DNA of 57,133 nt, from assembly GCA_023150835.1 (NCBI GenBank), contig JAKLKB010000001.1:124001-181133 (forward strand), given 5' to 3'. Of the stretch, positions 20,582 through 31,249 are shown one piece after another. A model generated the notes under the pieces. That model searched no databases. It saw nothing but the letters and a program-made list of their open reading frames with translations, and was not told the DNA's origin. Each line of letters opens with the position of its first letter. Within the stretch, counting starts at the first letter, position 1. The stretch is from Myxococcota bacterium (GTDB taxonomy: Bacteria; Myxococcota_C; UBA6777). The position numbers and the translations under genes are program-made.

Positions 20582-21247
20582 ATGGAAATGGGTCGGACAG
20601 CAAAGCGTCGTCATCGAGATGGGCTGCGCGGGATCTTGTTTTTTGGAGCGTTGTTGTGGGCGGGTTTGAGCGGGATGATCTGCGACCGAGCATCGGACGT
20701 TGCAGTGCGCGTGAAAAAGGACTTTCTCTTTCAGATGCGCCCCGAAGATGCCCTGTCTGCGGCGGGGATCAAAGATCAAAACGGGAAGGTTCCTGACGGA
20801 CTGCCACAACGCGAGTTTTTGTTGCGCATCAACAGCGATCTGGATCTGACCACCAACACGGAGTTCCAACAATACAAAGATCGTGTCAAGGCCATCCACA
20901 TCAACCGCGTTTGGATGACGATTCAGGCCAATACATCGCCCGTTACAATGAACCAAGGCGAAGTCGCGATGGCTCCCAAAAGTGAGGCGGGAACCGTTCG
21001 AGAACAGGACTTTGCAAACGGTCTGGTGGCTTCGACGCCTGTGATTAAGGCGGGAGATGCGGATGTTCGTGTGCCGTTGTTGTGGAACGCGGGTGGGGTG
21101 GAGACGGCGTTGAAGTTGATCCGTCAGTATCGTTTTGCGGTGCGTTATTCGTCCGCGTTTCAAGTCGAACCCGGGATGCCTTATCCTGTGGGGGAGATCC
21201 AAGTTCGGCTTGAATTTGAACTGACCTTTGTGGTCAGCATCCTGTGA
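20582..21247 (+). CDS. Putative lipoprotein, paralog of 17938-18585
   Basis: Hydrophobic leader ending LSGMIC; shares motifs with the upstream paralog. Confidence 0.72.
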   Translation: MEMGRTAKRRHRDGLRGILFFGALLWAGLSGMICDRASDVAVRVKKDFLFQMRPEDALSAAGIKDQNGKVPDGLPQREFLLRINSDLDLTTNTEFQQYKDRVKAIHINRVWMTIQANTSPVTMNQGEVAMAPKSEAGTVREQDFANGLVASTPVIKAGDADVRVPLLWNAGGVETALKLIRQYRFAVRYSSAFQVEPGMPYPVGEIQVRLEFELTFVVSIL

Positions 21248-21254
21248 AACCTAT

Positions 21255-21283
21255 TTGACCGACCGCAAGTCACACACTACTAT
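21255..21283 (+). promoter_or_regulatory. Putative sigma70 promoter for the ftsH-folP-cdaA cluster
   Basis: TTGACC, 17 bp, TACTAT. Confidence 0.6.
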
Positions 21284-21547
21284 TCACTGCGATCAAGCGT
21301 CGGTTGTGTGCCGACTTGCATCTAAAATGTGGTGACCGTTGTGTTTGCTGCACAGATAGCGCGCTTGCTTTTACGCGCCACGCAAACGAGGTTGGGTCGC
21401 CTACACGGGCCGAAGTCCTCGGTCGGTTTTCCTCTTCCACACAAGACCACCACGCTGTGCGGGAGTTGCGCGAAAGCCTCGGCTGACGGCCCTCTATCGT
21501 CGCATCGTTCGGGCCGATCATCGAACAAGCCAAGAAGGAGTATGAGA

Positions 21548-23530
21548 TTGAAACAACCACATCGCACCTTGTTGCTGTGGGCTTTGCTGATTCTTATTTT
21601 CGTCAGCATTTACCAGATCTTTAAGCCTGCCAGCGGAGCCAAGCCGATCCCCTTTAGCGAGTTTATGAAAGAGGTGGAAAAGGGGAACATCCAAGAAGTC
21701 ACCGTTCGAGGCCAAGTCTACGAAGGCCAATTCAAAGCCAAAGATGTCAAAAAGCCCGAACCTCTCGAAGCCAAGAACCACCGTTCCGATCGATTCCGAA
21801 CGGTCGGAGTGGTGGGCGAAAAGCTCAATGACTTTTTGCTCAAACACGGTGTGACAGTCCATTACAAGCCTGTCGAGCAAAACTCTTTTTGGCAGCAGAT
21901 CGTGATCTCGTGGCTTCCGATCATTTTTCTGATCGTGGTGTTTGTGTTGTTTATGCGGCAGCTCCAAAGTGGCGGTGGCAAGGCCATGTCCTTTGGAAAG
22001 AGCCGCGCCAAGCTGTTGAGCGATCACCACAACAAAGTGACCTTTGATGATGTGGCAGGTGTGGACGAAGCCAAAGACGAACTCGAAGAAGTCGTTCAAT
22101 TCCTGAAAGACCCCAAGAAGTTTACTCGATTGGGTGGGCGCATCCCGAAAGGTGTTTTGTTGATGGGATCACCCGGGACAGGGAAAACGCTGTTGGCGCG
22201 TGCTGTTGCAGGTGAAGCAGGAGTTCCTTTCTTTAGTATCTCAGGTTCGGACTTTGTGGAGATGTTTGTGGGGGTCGGCGCAAGCCGTGTCCGTGATCTT
22301 TTTGAACAAGGCAAGAGAAATGCACCTTGCATTATCTTTATCGACGAGATCGATGCGGTAGGTCGCCATCGTGGAGCGGGCCTTGGCGGAGGACACGACG
22401 AACGCGAGCAAACCCTCAACCAATTGCTCGTGGAGATGGACGGTTTTGAATCCAACGAAGGCGTGATCTTGATCGCCGCCACCAACCGCCCCGATGTCCT
22501 CGATCCCGCCCTTCAACGCCCGGGACGCTTTGACCGACGGGTGGTGGTGCCTCTGCCCGATCTGAATGGCCGCGAACAGATCTTGCGCGTCCACACACGC
22601 CGTTCGCCGCTTGCGGACGATGTGAATATCCATGTGATCGCACGCGGAACCCCCGGATTCTCGGGCGCAGATCTCGAAAACCTTGTGAACGAATCCGCGT
22701 TGGTGGCGGCGCGTCGAGGCAAAGATCGCGTCTACATGACTCACTTTGAAGAATCCAAAGACAAAGTGATGATGGGCCGTGAGCGCCGTTCGATGATCTT
22801 GAGCGAAGAAGAAAAGCGCCGAACAGCGGTCCATGAGGCCGGGCACGCTTTGGTTGGCAAACTGCTCAAGCACACCGATCCCGTTCACAAAGTGACCGTG
22901 ATCCCGCGTGGTCGGGCGCTTGGCGTGACAATGACCCTTCCTGTCGAAGAACGCAAAGACGTCTACCGCGAATACCTCGAAGACATGATCGCCTTTATGA
23001 TGGGCGGACGCGCTGCCGACGAAGTCCTCTACGGTCAAAAAACCGCTGGAGCTTCCGACGATATCAACCGCGCCACCAATATGGCGCGCAAGATGGTTTG
23101 CGAGTGGGGGATGTCCGAAAAACTTGGCCCGCTGGCTTTTGGACAAAAAGAAGAACAGATCTTTTTGGGCCGCGAGATCGCACGACATCGCGATTATTCC
23201 GAAGCTACCGCGATCGATATCGACAGAGAAGTCCATGATATCGTGGTGGCCAACTACGATCGCGCTAAAAAGCTACTTTCCGAAAACGTCGAGATCTTGC
23301 GCTCGATCGCAGATCTGCTCGTGGAGCGCGAAGTGATCAACAGCGATGATCTCGATCGCTTGATTCAAGGCGGCAAACCGTCTGATCCGCCCCAAACCCC
23401 GCCGACCAAGGAAAGCGGAGCCTCTTTTGTGGCCACCACAGAAAACAAAGAAGAGAAAAAAGGCTCCTTCCTTGATGTCGAAAAACTCTTTGGCGATAAC
23501 GAACCCACCCAAGACCCCTCCAAAAGCTAA
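21548..23530 (+). CDS. ftsH: ATP-dependent zinc metalloprotease FtsH
   Basis: 2 TM helices; [45 protein letters not shown] start 7 nt after AAGGAG. Confidence 0.98.
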   Translation: MKQPHRTLLLWALLILIFVSIYQIFKPASGAKPIPFSEFMKEVEKGNIQEVTVRGQVYEGQFKAKDVKKPEPLEAKNHRSDRFRTVGVVGEKLNDFLLKHGVTVHYKPVEQNSFWQQIVISWLPIIFLIVVFVLFMRQLQSGGGKAMSFGKSRAKLLSDHHNKVTFDDVAGVDEAKDELEEVVQFLKDPKKFTRLGGRIPKGVLLMGSPGTGKTLLARAVAGEAGVPFFSISGSDFVEMFVGVGASRVRDLFEQGKRNAPCIIFIDEIDAVGRHRGAGLGGGHDEREQTLNQLLVEMDGFESNEGVILIAATNRPDVLDPALQRPGRFDRRVVVPLPDLNGREQILRVHTRRSPLADDVNIHVIARGTPGFSGADLENLVNESALVAARRGKDRVYMTHFEESKDKVMMGRERRSMILSEEEKRRTAVHEAGHALVGKLLKHTDPVHKVTVIPRGRALGVTMTLPVEERKDVYREYLEDMIAFMMGGRAADEVLYGQKTAGASDDINRATNMARKMVCEWGMSEKLGPLAFGQKEEQIFLGREIARHRDYSEATAIDIDREVHDIVVANYDRAKKLLSENVEILRSIADLLVEREVINSDDLDRLIQGGKPSDPPQTPPTKESGASFVATTENKEEKKGSFLDVEKLFGDNEPTQDPSKS

Positions 23531-23581
23531 ACGCCCACCCGTCAGTACCCCCCACGCACAACCCTTTGTGGATTCGTTCAC

Positions 23582-24844
23582 ATGTCCATCCGTTGGAGCC
23601 TCAATACACAACCCTTTGCGGATCCGTCCGGTTGGCCCGAACATTACGAAGACGGCCTTGATCCACAAATCTGGTCTACCCTCGCAGGGATCGGCCCGAT
23701 GCGCTTGGTGCGTATCGACGCTCTCTCTCTCGAACAGGCTCGTTGCTTGGTCGATATCTACACGCAAAAGCTCCAAGGCATCGCTCAGATCGCCATCCAT
23801 ACGCATCATCCAATGGCTTCGCTCGCTCTCGGTACGCGCCCGCTAACGGCCCCGCAAGAGATCGAGTCCGTAGGATGCGTGTATTTGGATGGTGATCCTG
23901 TGCGACTGGCCCGATTGATCGAAGTATTGAACGATGACCCCTCGATGGCCTCTGTGTATCGCGAGTTGGCGGCGTGGTGGGACAAGGTGCGGTGTCTTCC
24001 CTCTCCTTGGCGCATCCGAGGTTCTGTGCTGGATTGGACGAATGCACCTGTGCTGATGGGTATCGTCAACGTCACCCCCGATTCTTTCTCCGATGGGGGC
24101 CGTTATCTGGGAGTTTCGGCAGCGATCGAGCATGGGCTACGGTTGGTCGAAGAAGGCGCGGCGATCTTGGATATCGGAGGGGAATCCACGAGGCCGGGTG
24201 CTGCAGCGGTTTGTGCATCGGAAGAGATCGATCGCGTTTTACCTGTGATCGAAGGACTACGAAAACACAGCGCGATCCCTCTTTCCATCGACACCTACAA
24301 ATCTGCGGTGGCACACGAAGCTTTGGCGTGTGGGGCCGATATCGTCAACGATATAAGTGGCTTGCGTTTTGATCCCACACTTGCAACGGAAGTGGCCGTA
24401 GCAGGGGCCTTTTTGATCTTGATGCACAGCCGCCATACCCCCAAAAATATGCAACAAGCACCGCATTACGAGGTGTTGTGGTCTGAGATCGGTTCGGAGC
24501 TATCGGTTGGCCTAGAGCAAGCCGTCTGTGCGGGCGTTGCGTTCGAGCAGATCGCGATCGACCCCGGGATCGGCTTTGGCAAGCGCCCCCAAGACAATCT
24601 GCGTATCCTTCGGGAGTTCGCCGCTTTGCGAAGTTTTGGCCTACCGATCTTGATCGGTGCTTCGCGCAAGTCTTTCTTGGGGAATTTGCTTGGCGGTGCT
24701 GCTCCGACAGAACGCTTGGAAGGCTCGCTGGCAGCCGCTGCTGCGGCGTTTCAGTCGGGTGCCCAGATCTTGCGTGTTCATGATGTGGCGGAAACCAGAA
24801 AGCTGCTGCGCGTCCTTTCTGCGATCGGGCTACCTTCTTCGTGA
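23582..24844 (+). CDS. folP: Dihydropteroate synthase with N-terminal extension
   Basis: MGIVNVTPDSFSDGG, DIGGESTRPG, SIDT, DPGIGFGK, SRKSF, RVHDV. Confidence 0.96.
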   Translation: MSIRWSLNTQPFADPSGWPEHYEDGLDPQIWSTLAGIGPMRLVRIDALSLEQARCLVDIYTQKLQGIAQIAIHTHHPMASLALGTRPLTAPQEIESVGCVYLDGDPVRLARLIEVLNDDPSMASVYRELAAWWDKVRCLPSPWRIRGSVLDWTNAPVLMGIVNVTPDSFSDGGRYLGVSAAIEHGLRLVEEGAAILDIGGESTRPGAAAVCASEEIDRVLPVIEGLRKHSAIPLSIDTYKSAVAHEALACGADIVNDISGLRFDPTLATEVAVAGAFLILMHSRHTPKNMQQAPHYEVLWSEIGSELSVGLEQAVCAGVAFEQIAIDPGIGFGKRPQDNLRILREFAALRSFGLPILIGASRKSFLGNLLGGAAPTERLEGSLAAAAAAFQSGAQILRVHDVAETRKLLRVLSAIGLPSS

Positions 24845-25070
24845 AGATCAAACATCCCTGAAAAGAAACATCTTTTGGCTTATGTCGTCTGTGAAATCGC
24901 AGGATATCACAACAAAGAGGCTTGCGTTGTGCGCTGAGGTTCGGTTCAATGGACGCGATGTGCCTCTTTGGTGGGACATCCCCCCTCGCAATTCTTACGG
25001 GTCTCAGTAGATGCGTTGTGATCGTGCTTTCTACACGCTCGCAAGCTTCTCGAACGCAAAGATTTTTTCC

Positions 25071-27047
25071 ATGAAAGAATGGTTGTTACAATTCACCACA
25101 AACTCGGGCCTGACCTTGGCTTGGCCGGACCGTTTTTTTTGGGTGGCGTTGTTTGATATCCTCCTTGTGTACTACTTGCTGTATCGGGGCCTTTTGCTGC
25201 TGAAAGGCACAAAAGCGGTTCGGATGTTGCTTGGCCTGCTGTTGGTGGTCGCGTCCTACTTTGTCTCCCGCCAGTTCGGGATGCAGACCTTTTCTTTCAT
25301 CCTCGATCAATTCTTTAACTCGTTTATCTTGGTGATCTTGATCATCTTCCAAGACGATCTGCGCCGAGGTCTGAGCCGTGTGGGAATTAACCCCTTTCAA
25401 CGAGGAGCTCGCCTTTCCGAAGAAGAGATGGCCGGGCTCGATGAGATGGTCAAAGCGGTCAACGTCCTCTCGACCAAAAAAGTCGGGGCCTTGATCGTGA
25501 TCGAACGCGCTGCGGATATCCGCGATCACGTCCAAGAAGGAACCCCGATCGATGCGGTGATCTCCGAAGAATTGTTATTTAGCCTGTTTCTTCCGTATTC
25601 TCCGCTGCATGACGGCGCAGCGGTGCTTCATCAGGGCCGAATCGTGCGCGCTGGTTGCTTTTTGCCTCTCACGCAAAATCCCGAGATCTCTAAACACCTC
25701 GGCACGCGACATCGCGCCGCCATCGGCCTCACCGAATCTACCGATGCTTTGGTGGTCGTCGTCTCCGAAACTGACGGAAAGATATCTCTTTGCCGCGACG
25801 GAAAGATCTCCCGAGGTCTCGATCCTTCGGCTCTTTACAACGAAGTTCTTGCTGCTCTTTGGCCTCGTGCTCCCCAACTCCTCGAACAAAAATCGCTTTC
25901 TCCTGAAGCCAAAGCCGCCGAGAAAAAGCCTGCCGAGAAAAAATCGGCGGACAAAAAGCCCGCTGATCCGCCAAAGATCCCCATCACCACTCGCGTTGAA
26001 CCCTTCAAAGATGTCGAGACGCAAAGCGCCTTGCCCACAACTCCCCCGACCGCTTCGGCCCCCAACCCCAACAACAGCAACACCCGCCTCAAGCCCTTTA
26101 AGCCCAAGCAAGAGACCAAAAAGTCTTTTCAAAGCGAGATCCGCACCACCACCAGCGATAGCGGTAAACACACCGATACGCGGTTGAAGCCGTTGATGAT
26201 CACCGAAACCGTCTGGAACGCTCGCAACGAAGACGAAAAAGACTCGAATCTTGATGCCTCTCGTCTCGATGAGCCTAAGCGATCAACCGAAAGCCCCGTC
26301 CCTCGCCAAGAAGACCGTAGCTCGGACAAGTCCGATCGAGCCTCCGACCCGTCCAAGCCGACTCCGCCCCAGCAAGCCAGCGAACCCCCCAAACCAGCCG
26401 CTCCCAAGCAGATCGTTGTGAAGCGCATCGATATGGAGGACGCCATCGACGGCGAAGACCGCATCGACTTTAACGCCCCCACCAAGGAATCCCCAAAAAC
26501 AGCACAGCCCTCCGCGCCCGAACCCGCAAAAGATCCCGCAAAAGCACAACAGAACGAAAAACCCCCGCCAAAACACTCGGGTTCCTTCTCTTCATTTAAA
26601 GAACCCTCCAAATCCTTTGTCAACCGCCCTACGGAGGAATCGAAACCGTTCAAAACCACCGATTCTTCCGCTCCTTCGGCGCAAGAGCCGAAGAACGCAA
26701 AAGAAGCGCAAGAGCCGAAGAACGCAAAAGAAGCGCAGCCCTCTGCTCCACCTGTCACTGAATCAAAGTCCCCAAACACAACCGATGCCCCGACTCCCAC
26801 CCCACAGACGATAATCTCGAAGGGAACGCGATCAGAACAGCAAAGGTCTTCGGAAGCACCCGATCTGTCGAATGTTCCAACGGTGATGCTGGGCAAGATC
26901 CCACAAACGGTGGACAGCGATCCCGAATTCGACCACGATCTGCCTCGCTCGCCTTATTCTTCGGCGATCTTGCCCAACCCAAGGGCCGCAAATACGCCTG
27001 TCCCTTCAGGAGAAAAAGCGCCGCCTGACCCGGATGCTTCGGCCTGA
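25071..27047 (+). CDS. cdaA: Membrane diadenylate cyclase CdaA with ~390-aa low-complexity C-terminal tail
   Basis: 3 N-terminal TM helices, IFQDDLRRGL, catalytic LHDGA and GTRHRAA motifs, VSE..G.IS; sits before cdaR-glmM. Confidence 0.93.
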   Translation: MKEWLLQFTTNSGLTLAWPDRFFWVALFDILLVYYLLYRGLLLLKGTKAVRMLLGLLLVVASYFVSRQFGMQTFSFILDQFFNSFILVILIIFQDDLRRGLSRVGINPFQRGARLSEEEMAGLDEMVKAVNVLSTKKVGALIVIERAADIRDHVQEGTPIDAVISEELLFSLFLPYSPLHDGAAVLHQGRIVRAGCFLPLTQNPEISKHLGTRHRAAIGLTESTDALVVVVSETDGKISLCRDGKISRGLDPSALYNEVLAALWPRAPQLLEQKSLSPEAKAAEKKPAEKKSADKKPADPPKIPITTRVEPFKDVETQSALPTTPPTASAPNPNNSNTRLKPFKPKQETKKSFQSEIRTTTSDSGKHTDTRLKPLMITETVWNARNEDEKDSNLDASRLDEPKRSTESPVPRQEDRSSDKSDRASDPSKPTPPQQASEPPKPAAPKQIVVKRIDMEDAIDGEDRIDFNAPTKESPKTAQPSAPEPAKDPAKAQQNEKPPPKHSGSFSSFKEPSKSFVNRPTEESKPFKTTDSSAPSAQEPKNAKEAQEPKNAKEAQPSAPPVTESKSPNTTDAPTPTPQTIISKGTRSEQQRSSEAPDLSNVPTVMLGKIPQTVDSDPEFDHDLPRSPYSSAILPNPRAANTPVPSGEKAPPDPDASA

Positions 27048-27065
27048 GATCTCGGAGGTTTTTGG

Positions 27066-28220
27066 ATGTTGTCTTGGTTGCGCGCTGCGTTGTTTGAGAA
27101 TCTTGGACTCAAACTGTTTGCGTTCTTTTTGTCGGTGGTTTTGTTTCGCTACGTCAAAGGCGAGCAAGACCGCGTTTCGACAGTCGAAGTCAAAGTGCTC
27201 TATAAGCTGCCTAAGAATCTGGTGATGGTCTCCGAAGCAGTCTCCATCCTCAAGGTGACGCTGCGTGGACCCGAAACCAAGCTGCGTGGTGTCGATGCCC
27301 ACTCGCTGTCCTACACCTTCCAATTGAAGAATGTTTCGCCCGGTCCCACACAATACCAGCTTTATGTCGAACAGTTGCGCCCGCTGTTTCCTCCCGAAGT
27401 CCAAGTCATCCGTTTAAGTCCGTCCATCCTGAACTTTGAACTGGACAAAGTCGCCAAAAGCACGCTCCCTGTGCGCGTGCAGATCCAAGGCATCATGCCG
27501 CTCGGCTACAAGCTGTTGCCTCCTGTGAATGCCTTTCCCCTTGAAGTCCCGATCGAAGGCCCCGATAGCATTGTCAAAACGATTCGCCATGTCCCGACTC
27601 GTCCCCTCGATATCTCTGGGATCACCCAAGATACCGTGCGCGAGCTTTTGCTCGAAACCCCCGGACGTTATGTGCAGTTTTTGGGAGTTCCCAAAGTGCG
27701 CGTCAAACTCCGCGTTCATCGGGTCTTGGATAAAAAAAGGTTCGCTCGGCTGCCGATCAAGCTTCTCGGATTTCCTGTCCCTGCGCAAACACAAGTCTCT
27801 CTCTCGCAAGAAACTGCGGATGTAACGTTGTTTGGCCCGCTCTCCCAACTTCATCCCCTCCAAGCCAAAGATGTGATCGTCGAAGCCGATGCCACTCCAT
27901 TCTCCACCAAAGGTGCAGGCACCTACGATGTGCCCTTGCGCGTGCGCTTTGCGGCTCCTGATCTGAAAGTCGTCTCTCCTCCCACTCCCACAACAGTTCA
28001 AATCACCGTCAAGATCTCGGCTGCTCCTCCCGCTCCCCATGCCCCCCCTCAAAGAAGAGAAGAGGCCCCCCCAGAACGTCGCGCAGAACCGACAAAGACC
28101 CGCAAAAAGCCGAAAACCCGCAAAAAGCCGAAAACCCGCAAAAAGCCGAAAACCCGCAAAAAATTGCCCCCATCCGATGGGAAAAGTGCAAAGAGCGAAG
28201 ACAAAGAAGACAACGAATAG
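27066..28220 (+). CDS. cdaR: CdaR/YbbR-domain regulator
   Basis: N...KL.A..L TM anchor, repeated V.L.GP YbbR-like motifs, position between cdaA and glmM. Confidence 0.85.
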   Translation: MLSWLRAALFENLGLKLFAFFLSVVLFRYVKGEQDRVSTVEVKVLYKLPKNLVMVSEAVSILKVTLRGPETKLRGVDAHSLSYTFQLKNVSPGPTQYQLYVEQLRPLFPPEVQVIRLSPSILNFELDKVAKSTLPVRVQIQGIMPLGYKLLPPVNAFPLEVPIEGPDSIVKTIRHVPTRPLDISGITQDTVRELLLETPGRYVQFLGVPKVRVKLRVHRVLDKKRFARLPIKLLGFPVPAQTQVSLSQETADVTLFGPLSQLHPLQAKDVIVEADATPFSTKGAGTYDVPLRVRFAAPDLKVVSPPTPTTVQITVKISAAPPAPHAPPQRREEAPPERRAEPTKTRKKPKTRKKPKTRKKPKTRKKLPPSDGKSAKSEDKEDNE

Positions 28221-28239
28221 CACGAAGGAAGACAGCGAG

Positions 28240-29607
28240 ATGGGCGCACAAAAGCAATTTTTTGGAACGGATGGTATTCGAGGTGTCGTGAATCAGCCAC
28301 CGATGACAACGACGATAGCGCATGCTGCGGGAGTTGCGTTGGTCGAGTGGTTGCGGTCGTGCAAGGCTCCGTTGCGGGTGGTGATCGGTCGAGATACCCG
28401 TCGTTCGGGGCCGATGCTTGAAGCTGCATTTGCCGCAGGAGCCGCTGCGATGGGGGCGGAGATCTCGTTGGTTGGAGTTTTGCCAACGCCTGCCGTAGCG
28501 TGGTTGACGTGCGCCGAAGGCGCAGGGGCCGGGGTGATGATCTCGGCTTCACACAATCCTTATCAAGACAATGGGATCAAGATCTTCGATGCACAGGGGC
28601 ACAAGCTCTCTGATGAAGCCGAGATCCGCCTTGAATCCGCGATGCAGCGCGTGTTGACGGGGGAGATGATCTTTCCAAACGCCGAATCCATCGGAGAAAT
28701 CCGCGCCGAGCAAGGAGCTTCGGAGCGTTTTGTGACACATCTGCGATCGGCATGGACGCTTGGTCGTCGATTGAGCGGGGTGCGCGTGGTGGTCGATGCG
28801 GCCAATGGAGCGGCCTTTTGGGTTGGACCTGCTTTGTTTGAGGCTCTTGGAGCTGAGGTGGTCGCACTACATGATCAACCAAATGGGCGCAATATCAACG
28901 AGGGTTGTGGGTCACTTGCGCCGCACATCCTCCGAGACGCTGTGCGCTTGCATCGTGCGCAAGTCGGTCTGGCGCTAGACGGAGACGCAGACCGTTTGAT
29001 CGTCGTGGATGAAACAGGGGCCGTTTTGGATGGCGATCATCTGATGATGATGGCGGCGATCCATCTTTCGCGGCGCGGTGCTTTGGGCGGAGAGGTCTTG
29101 GTCACGACGGTGATGAGCAATCTCGGTCTCGAACGTGCGCTGAAAAAACACGGTATCCGTATGGAACGCACTCCCGTTGGGGATCGCTACGTCAGCGAAC
29201 GGATGCGCGCTTTGGGCGCAACGCTCGGCGGAGAACAATCGGGGCATCTGATCTTTTCGGAGTATTCGACTACAGGAGACGGGCTGCTTGCTGCTCTTCA
29301 GATCCTTGCGTTGATGATCTCCGAAGATCGGCCTCTTTCGTCTCTTGCCGCAGAACTTGAGCCGTTCCCTCAGATCTTGCGAAACTTTCCTGTGCGCGAG
29401 AAACGACCTTGGCAAGATATCCCTGCTTTGCGCCTTGCTGTCGCTTCCGCAGAAGCCGAACTCGGCGCAGAGGGGCGGGTCTTGATCCGCTACTCAGGCA
29501 CAGAAAACAAGCTGCGGATCATGGTCGAAGGCCCGTCGTGGGACTTGATCGAACGCCTCGTCGACAAACTCCAACAAGCTTTCGAAACCGAACTGGGCCT
29601 CGCTTAG
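28240..29607 (+). CDS. glmM: Phosphoglucosamine mutase
   Basis: [34 protein letters not shown]. Confidence 0.97.
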   Translation: MGAQKQFFGTDGIRGVVNQPPMTTTIAHAAGVALVEWLRSCKAPLRVVIGRDTRRSGPMLEAAFAAGAAAMGAEISLVGVLPTPAVAWLTCAEGAGAGVMISASHNPYQDNGIKIFDAQGHKLSDEAEIRLESAMQRVLTGEMIFPNAESIGEIRAEQGASERFVTHLRSAWTLGRRLSGVRVVVDAANGAAFWVGPALFEALGAEVVALHDQPNGRNINEGCGSLAPHILRDAVRLHRAQVGLALDGDADRLIVVDETGAVLDGDHLMMMAAIHLSRRGALGGEVLVTTVMSNLGLERALKKHGIRMERTPVGDRYVSERMRALGATLGGEQSGHLIFSEYSTTGDGLLAALQILALMISEDRPLSSLAAELEPFPQILRNFPVREKRPWQDIPALRLAVASAEAELGAEGRVLIRYSGTENKLRIMVEGPSWDLIERLVDKLQQAFETELGLA

Positions 29608-29677
29608 AGAAGTCGAGCTACAAAAACAAGTTCTGTGTATTTTTCTCAAACCACAAAAACAAGGGCATTCTCCGATC

Positions 29678-30520
29678 ATGCGGGCTTATCTGGATCTTTT
29701 GACGCATCTGCTTGAGCGCGGTGAAGACCGCGAAGATCGAACGGGTGTTGGAACTCGCGGTGTCTTCGGTTATCAGATGCGCTTTGACCTTGCACGAGGC
29801 TTTCCTTTGCTCACCACCAAAAAGCTGTTTGTGCGCGGTATCATTGCAGAGTTGCTGTGGTTTTTGCGCGGAGATACCGATGCTTCGTGGTTGCAAGCGC
29901 AAGGTGTTCGGATCTGGGATCCTTGGGCCACCGCCGAAGAATGTGCGCGATTTGGTCGGGATGCTGGAGATCTTGGCCCGATCTATGGCCACCAATGGCG
30001 AAACTTTGGTGCCACTCTCCAGCCCGACGGTCGTTACGCATCGGATGGTATCGATCAGATCCTTCGGGTGATCGAGGAGATCCGACGCTCGCCTTCTTCG
30101 CGCCGTTTGATCGTCTCGGCGTGGAATCCCCGTGAAGTCGATCAAGTGACGCTGCCCCCTTGCCATACGCTGTTTCAATTCTATGTCAGCCGTAGTCGTC
30201 TGAGCTGTCAGTTGTACCAACGCTCCGCCGATGTTTTTTTGGGGGTTCCCTTCAATATCGCCAGTTATGCGCTGTTGACGATGTTGATCGCGCAATGTTG
30301 CGATCTGACTGCGGGTGAATTGGTTCACACCTTCGGGGATGTTCATCTCTACCGCAACCATCTCGATCTCGCTCGTCTCCAATGTTCTCGTGTGCCTCGT
30401 GTTTTGCCCACCCTGCATATCAACCCACAAAAACACGATATCTTGTCTTTTGTCCCCGAAGACTTTCGCATCGAAGGCTACGATCCTCACCCTCATATCG
30501 CCGCAGAAGTCGCTGTTTGA
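29678..30520 (+). CDS. thyA: Thymidylate synthase
   Basis: [33 protein letters not shown]. Confidence 0.98.
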   Translation: MRAYLDLLTHLLERGEDREDRTGVGTRGVFGYQMRFDLARGFPLLTTKKLFVRGIIAELLWFLRGDTDASWLQAQGVRIWDPWATAEECARFGRDAGDLGPIYGHQWRNFGATLQPDGRYASDGIDQILRVIEEIRRSPSSRRLIVSAWNPREVDQVTLPPCHTLFQFYVSRSRLSCQLYQRSADVFLGVPFNIASYALLTMLIAQCCDLTAGELVHTFGDVHLYRNHLDLARLQCSRVPRVLPTLHINPQKHDILSFVPEDFRIEGYDPHPHIAAEVAV

Positions 30521-30673
30521 CGACCATGACCGACGAGCCGATCCCGTGAGTTGATCCCATACCCCCGCAGAGGTCGCTGTTTGATGACAAAGACCTACGA
30601 GCCGATCCCTCATACCCCCGCAGAGGTCGCTGTTTGATGACAAAGACCTACGAGCCGATCCCTCATACCCCCG
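30493..30673 (+). repeat. Triplicated thyA-end/folA-start junction (53-bp unit)
   Basis: CCGCAGA(A/G)GTCGCTGTTTGA at 30501, 30565, 30618. Confidence 0.9.
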
Positions 30674-31200
30674 ATCCATCGCGTTTCCCATCCGAATCGA
30701 TCTTGCCGCCGTTGGCTGTGATCGTCGCCATGACCGTTGAGGGCGTGATCGGCTACTCAGGAGGTATGCCTTGGCACGAACCTGCCGATCTACGGTACTT
30801 TCGACAGCGAACCCTCGGCCATGCCATCTTGATGGGCCGCGTCACCTACGAATCGATCGGACGGCCCTTGCCCGATCGGCGAAATCTGATCCTCTCTCAA
30901 CGCTCCGACTTACACGCTCGTGGGTGCGAGGTCTTCGCAGATCTTGCAACGGCCCTCGTGGCCGCAAGAACCGAAGATCCATGCCCCGTCGTGATCGGTG
31001 GCGCGAAGCTCTACGCGGCAACTCTCCCGCTTGCTACACGCTTATACGTCACAGAGATCGGCTGCGCGGTACACGGAGACACATTCTTTCCACCGATCGA
31101 GGCTTCTTCTTGGTGCGAGATCGAATGCTTTGAGGCCCAAGGACAAGCCGGTCCCTTGCGCTTTTTGACTTTGGCGCGTACACATCCCGCACCATCCTGA
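30637..31200 (+). CDS. folA: Dihydrofolate reductase
   Basis: IVAM...VIG....MPW..PADL.YF, MGR.TYESI.RPLP.R.N, VIGG..LY, GDTFFP. Confidence 0.95.
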   Translation: MTKTYEPIPHTPDPSRFPSESILPPLAVIVAMTVEGVIGYSGGMPWHEPADLRYFRQRTLGHAILMGRVTYESIGRPLPDRRNLILSQRSDLHARGCEVFADLATALVAARTEDPCPVVIGGAKLYAATLPLATRLYVTEIGCAVHGDTFFPPIEASSWCEIECFEAQGQAGPLRFLTLARTHPAPS

Positions 31201-31249
31201 TATCGTGCCTTCTTCTCCCACCGACAGCCCCGAGCGCATGGAGGTTTTT

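Noticed and set aside
23582-24030. Novel domain fused to FolP
   Set aside because: Similar N-terminal extensions are, to my recollection, common in deltaproteobacterial FolP; not treated as new
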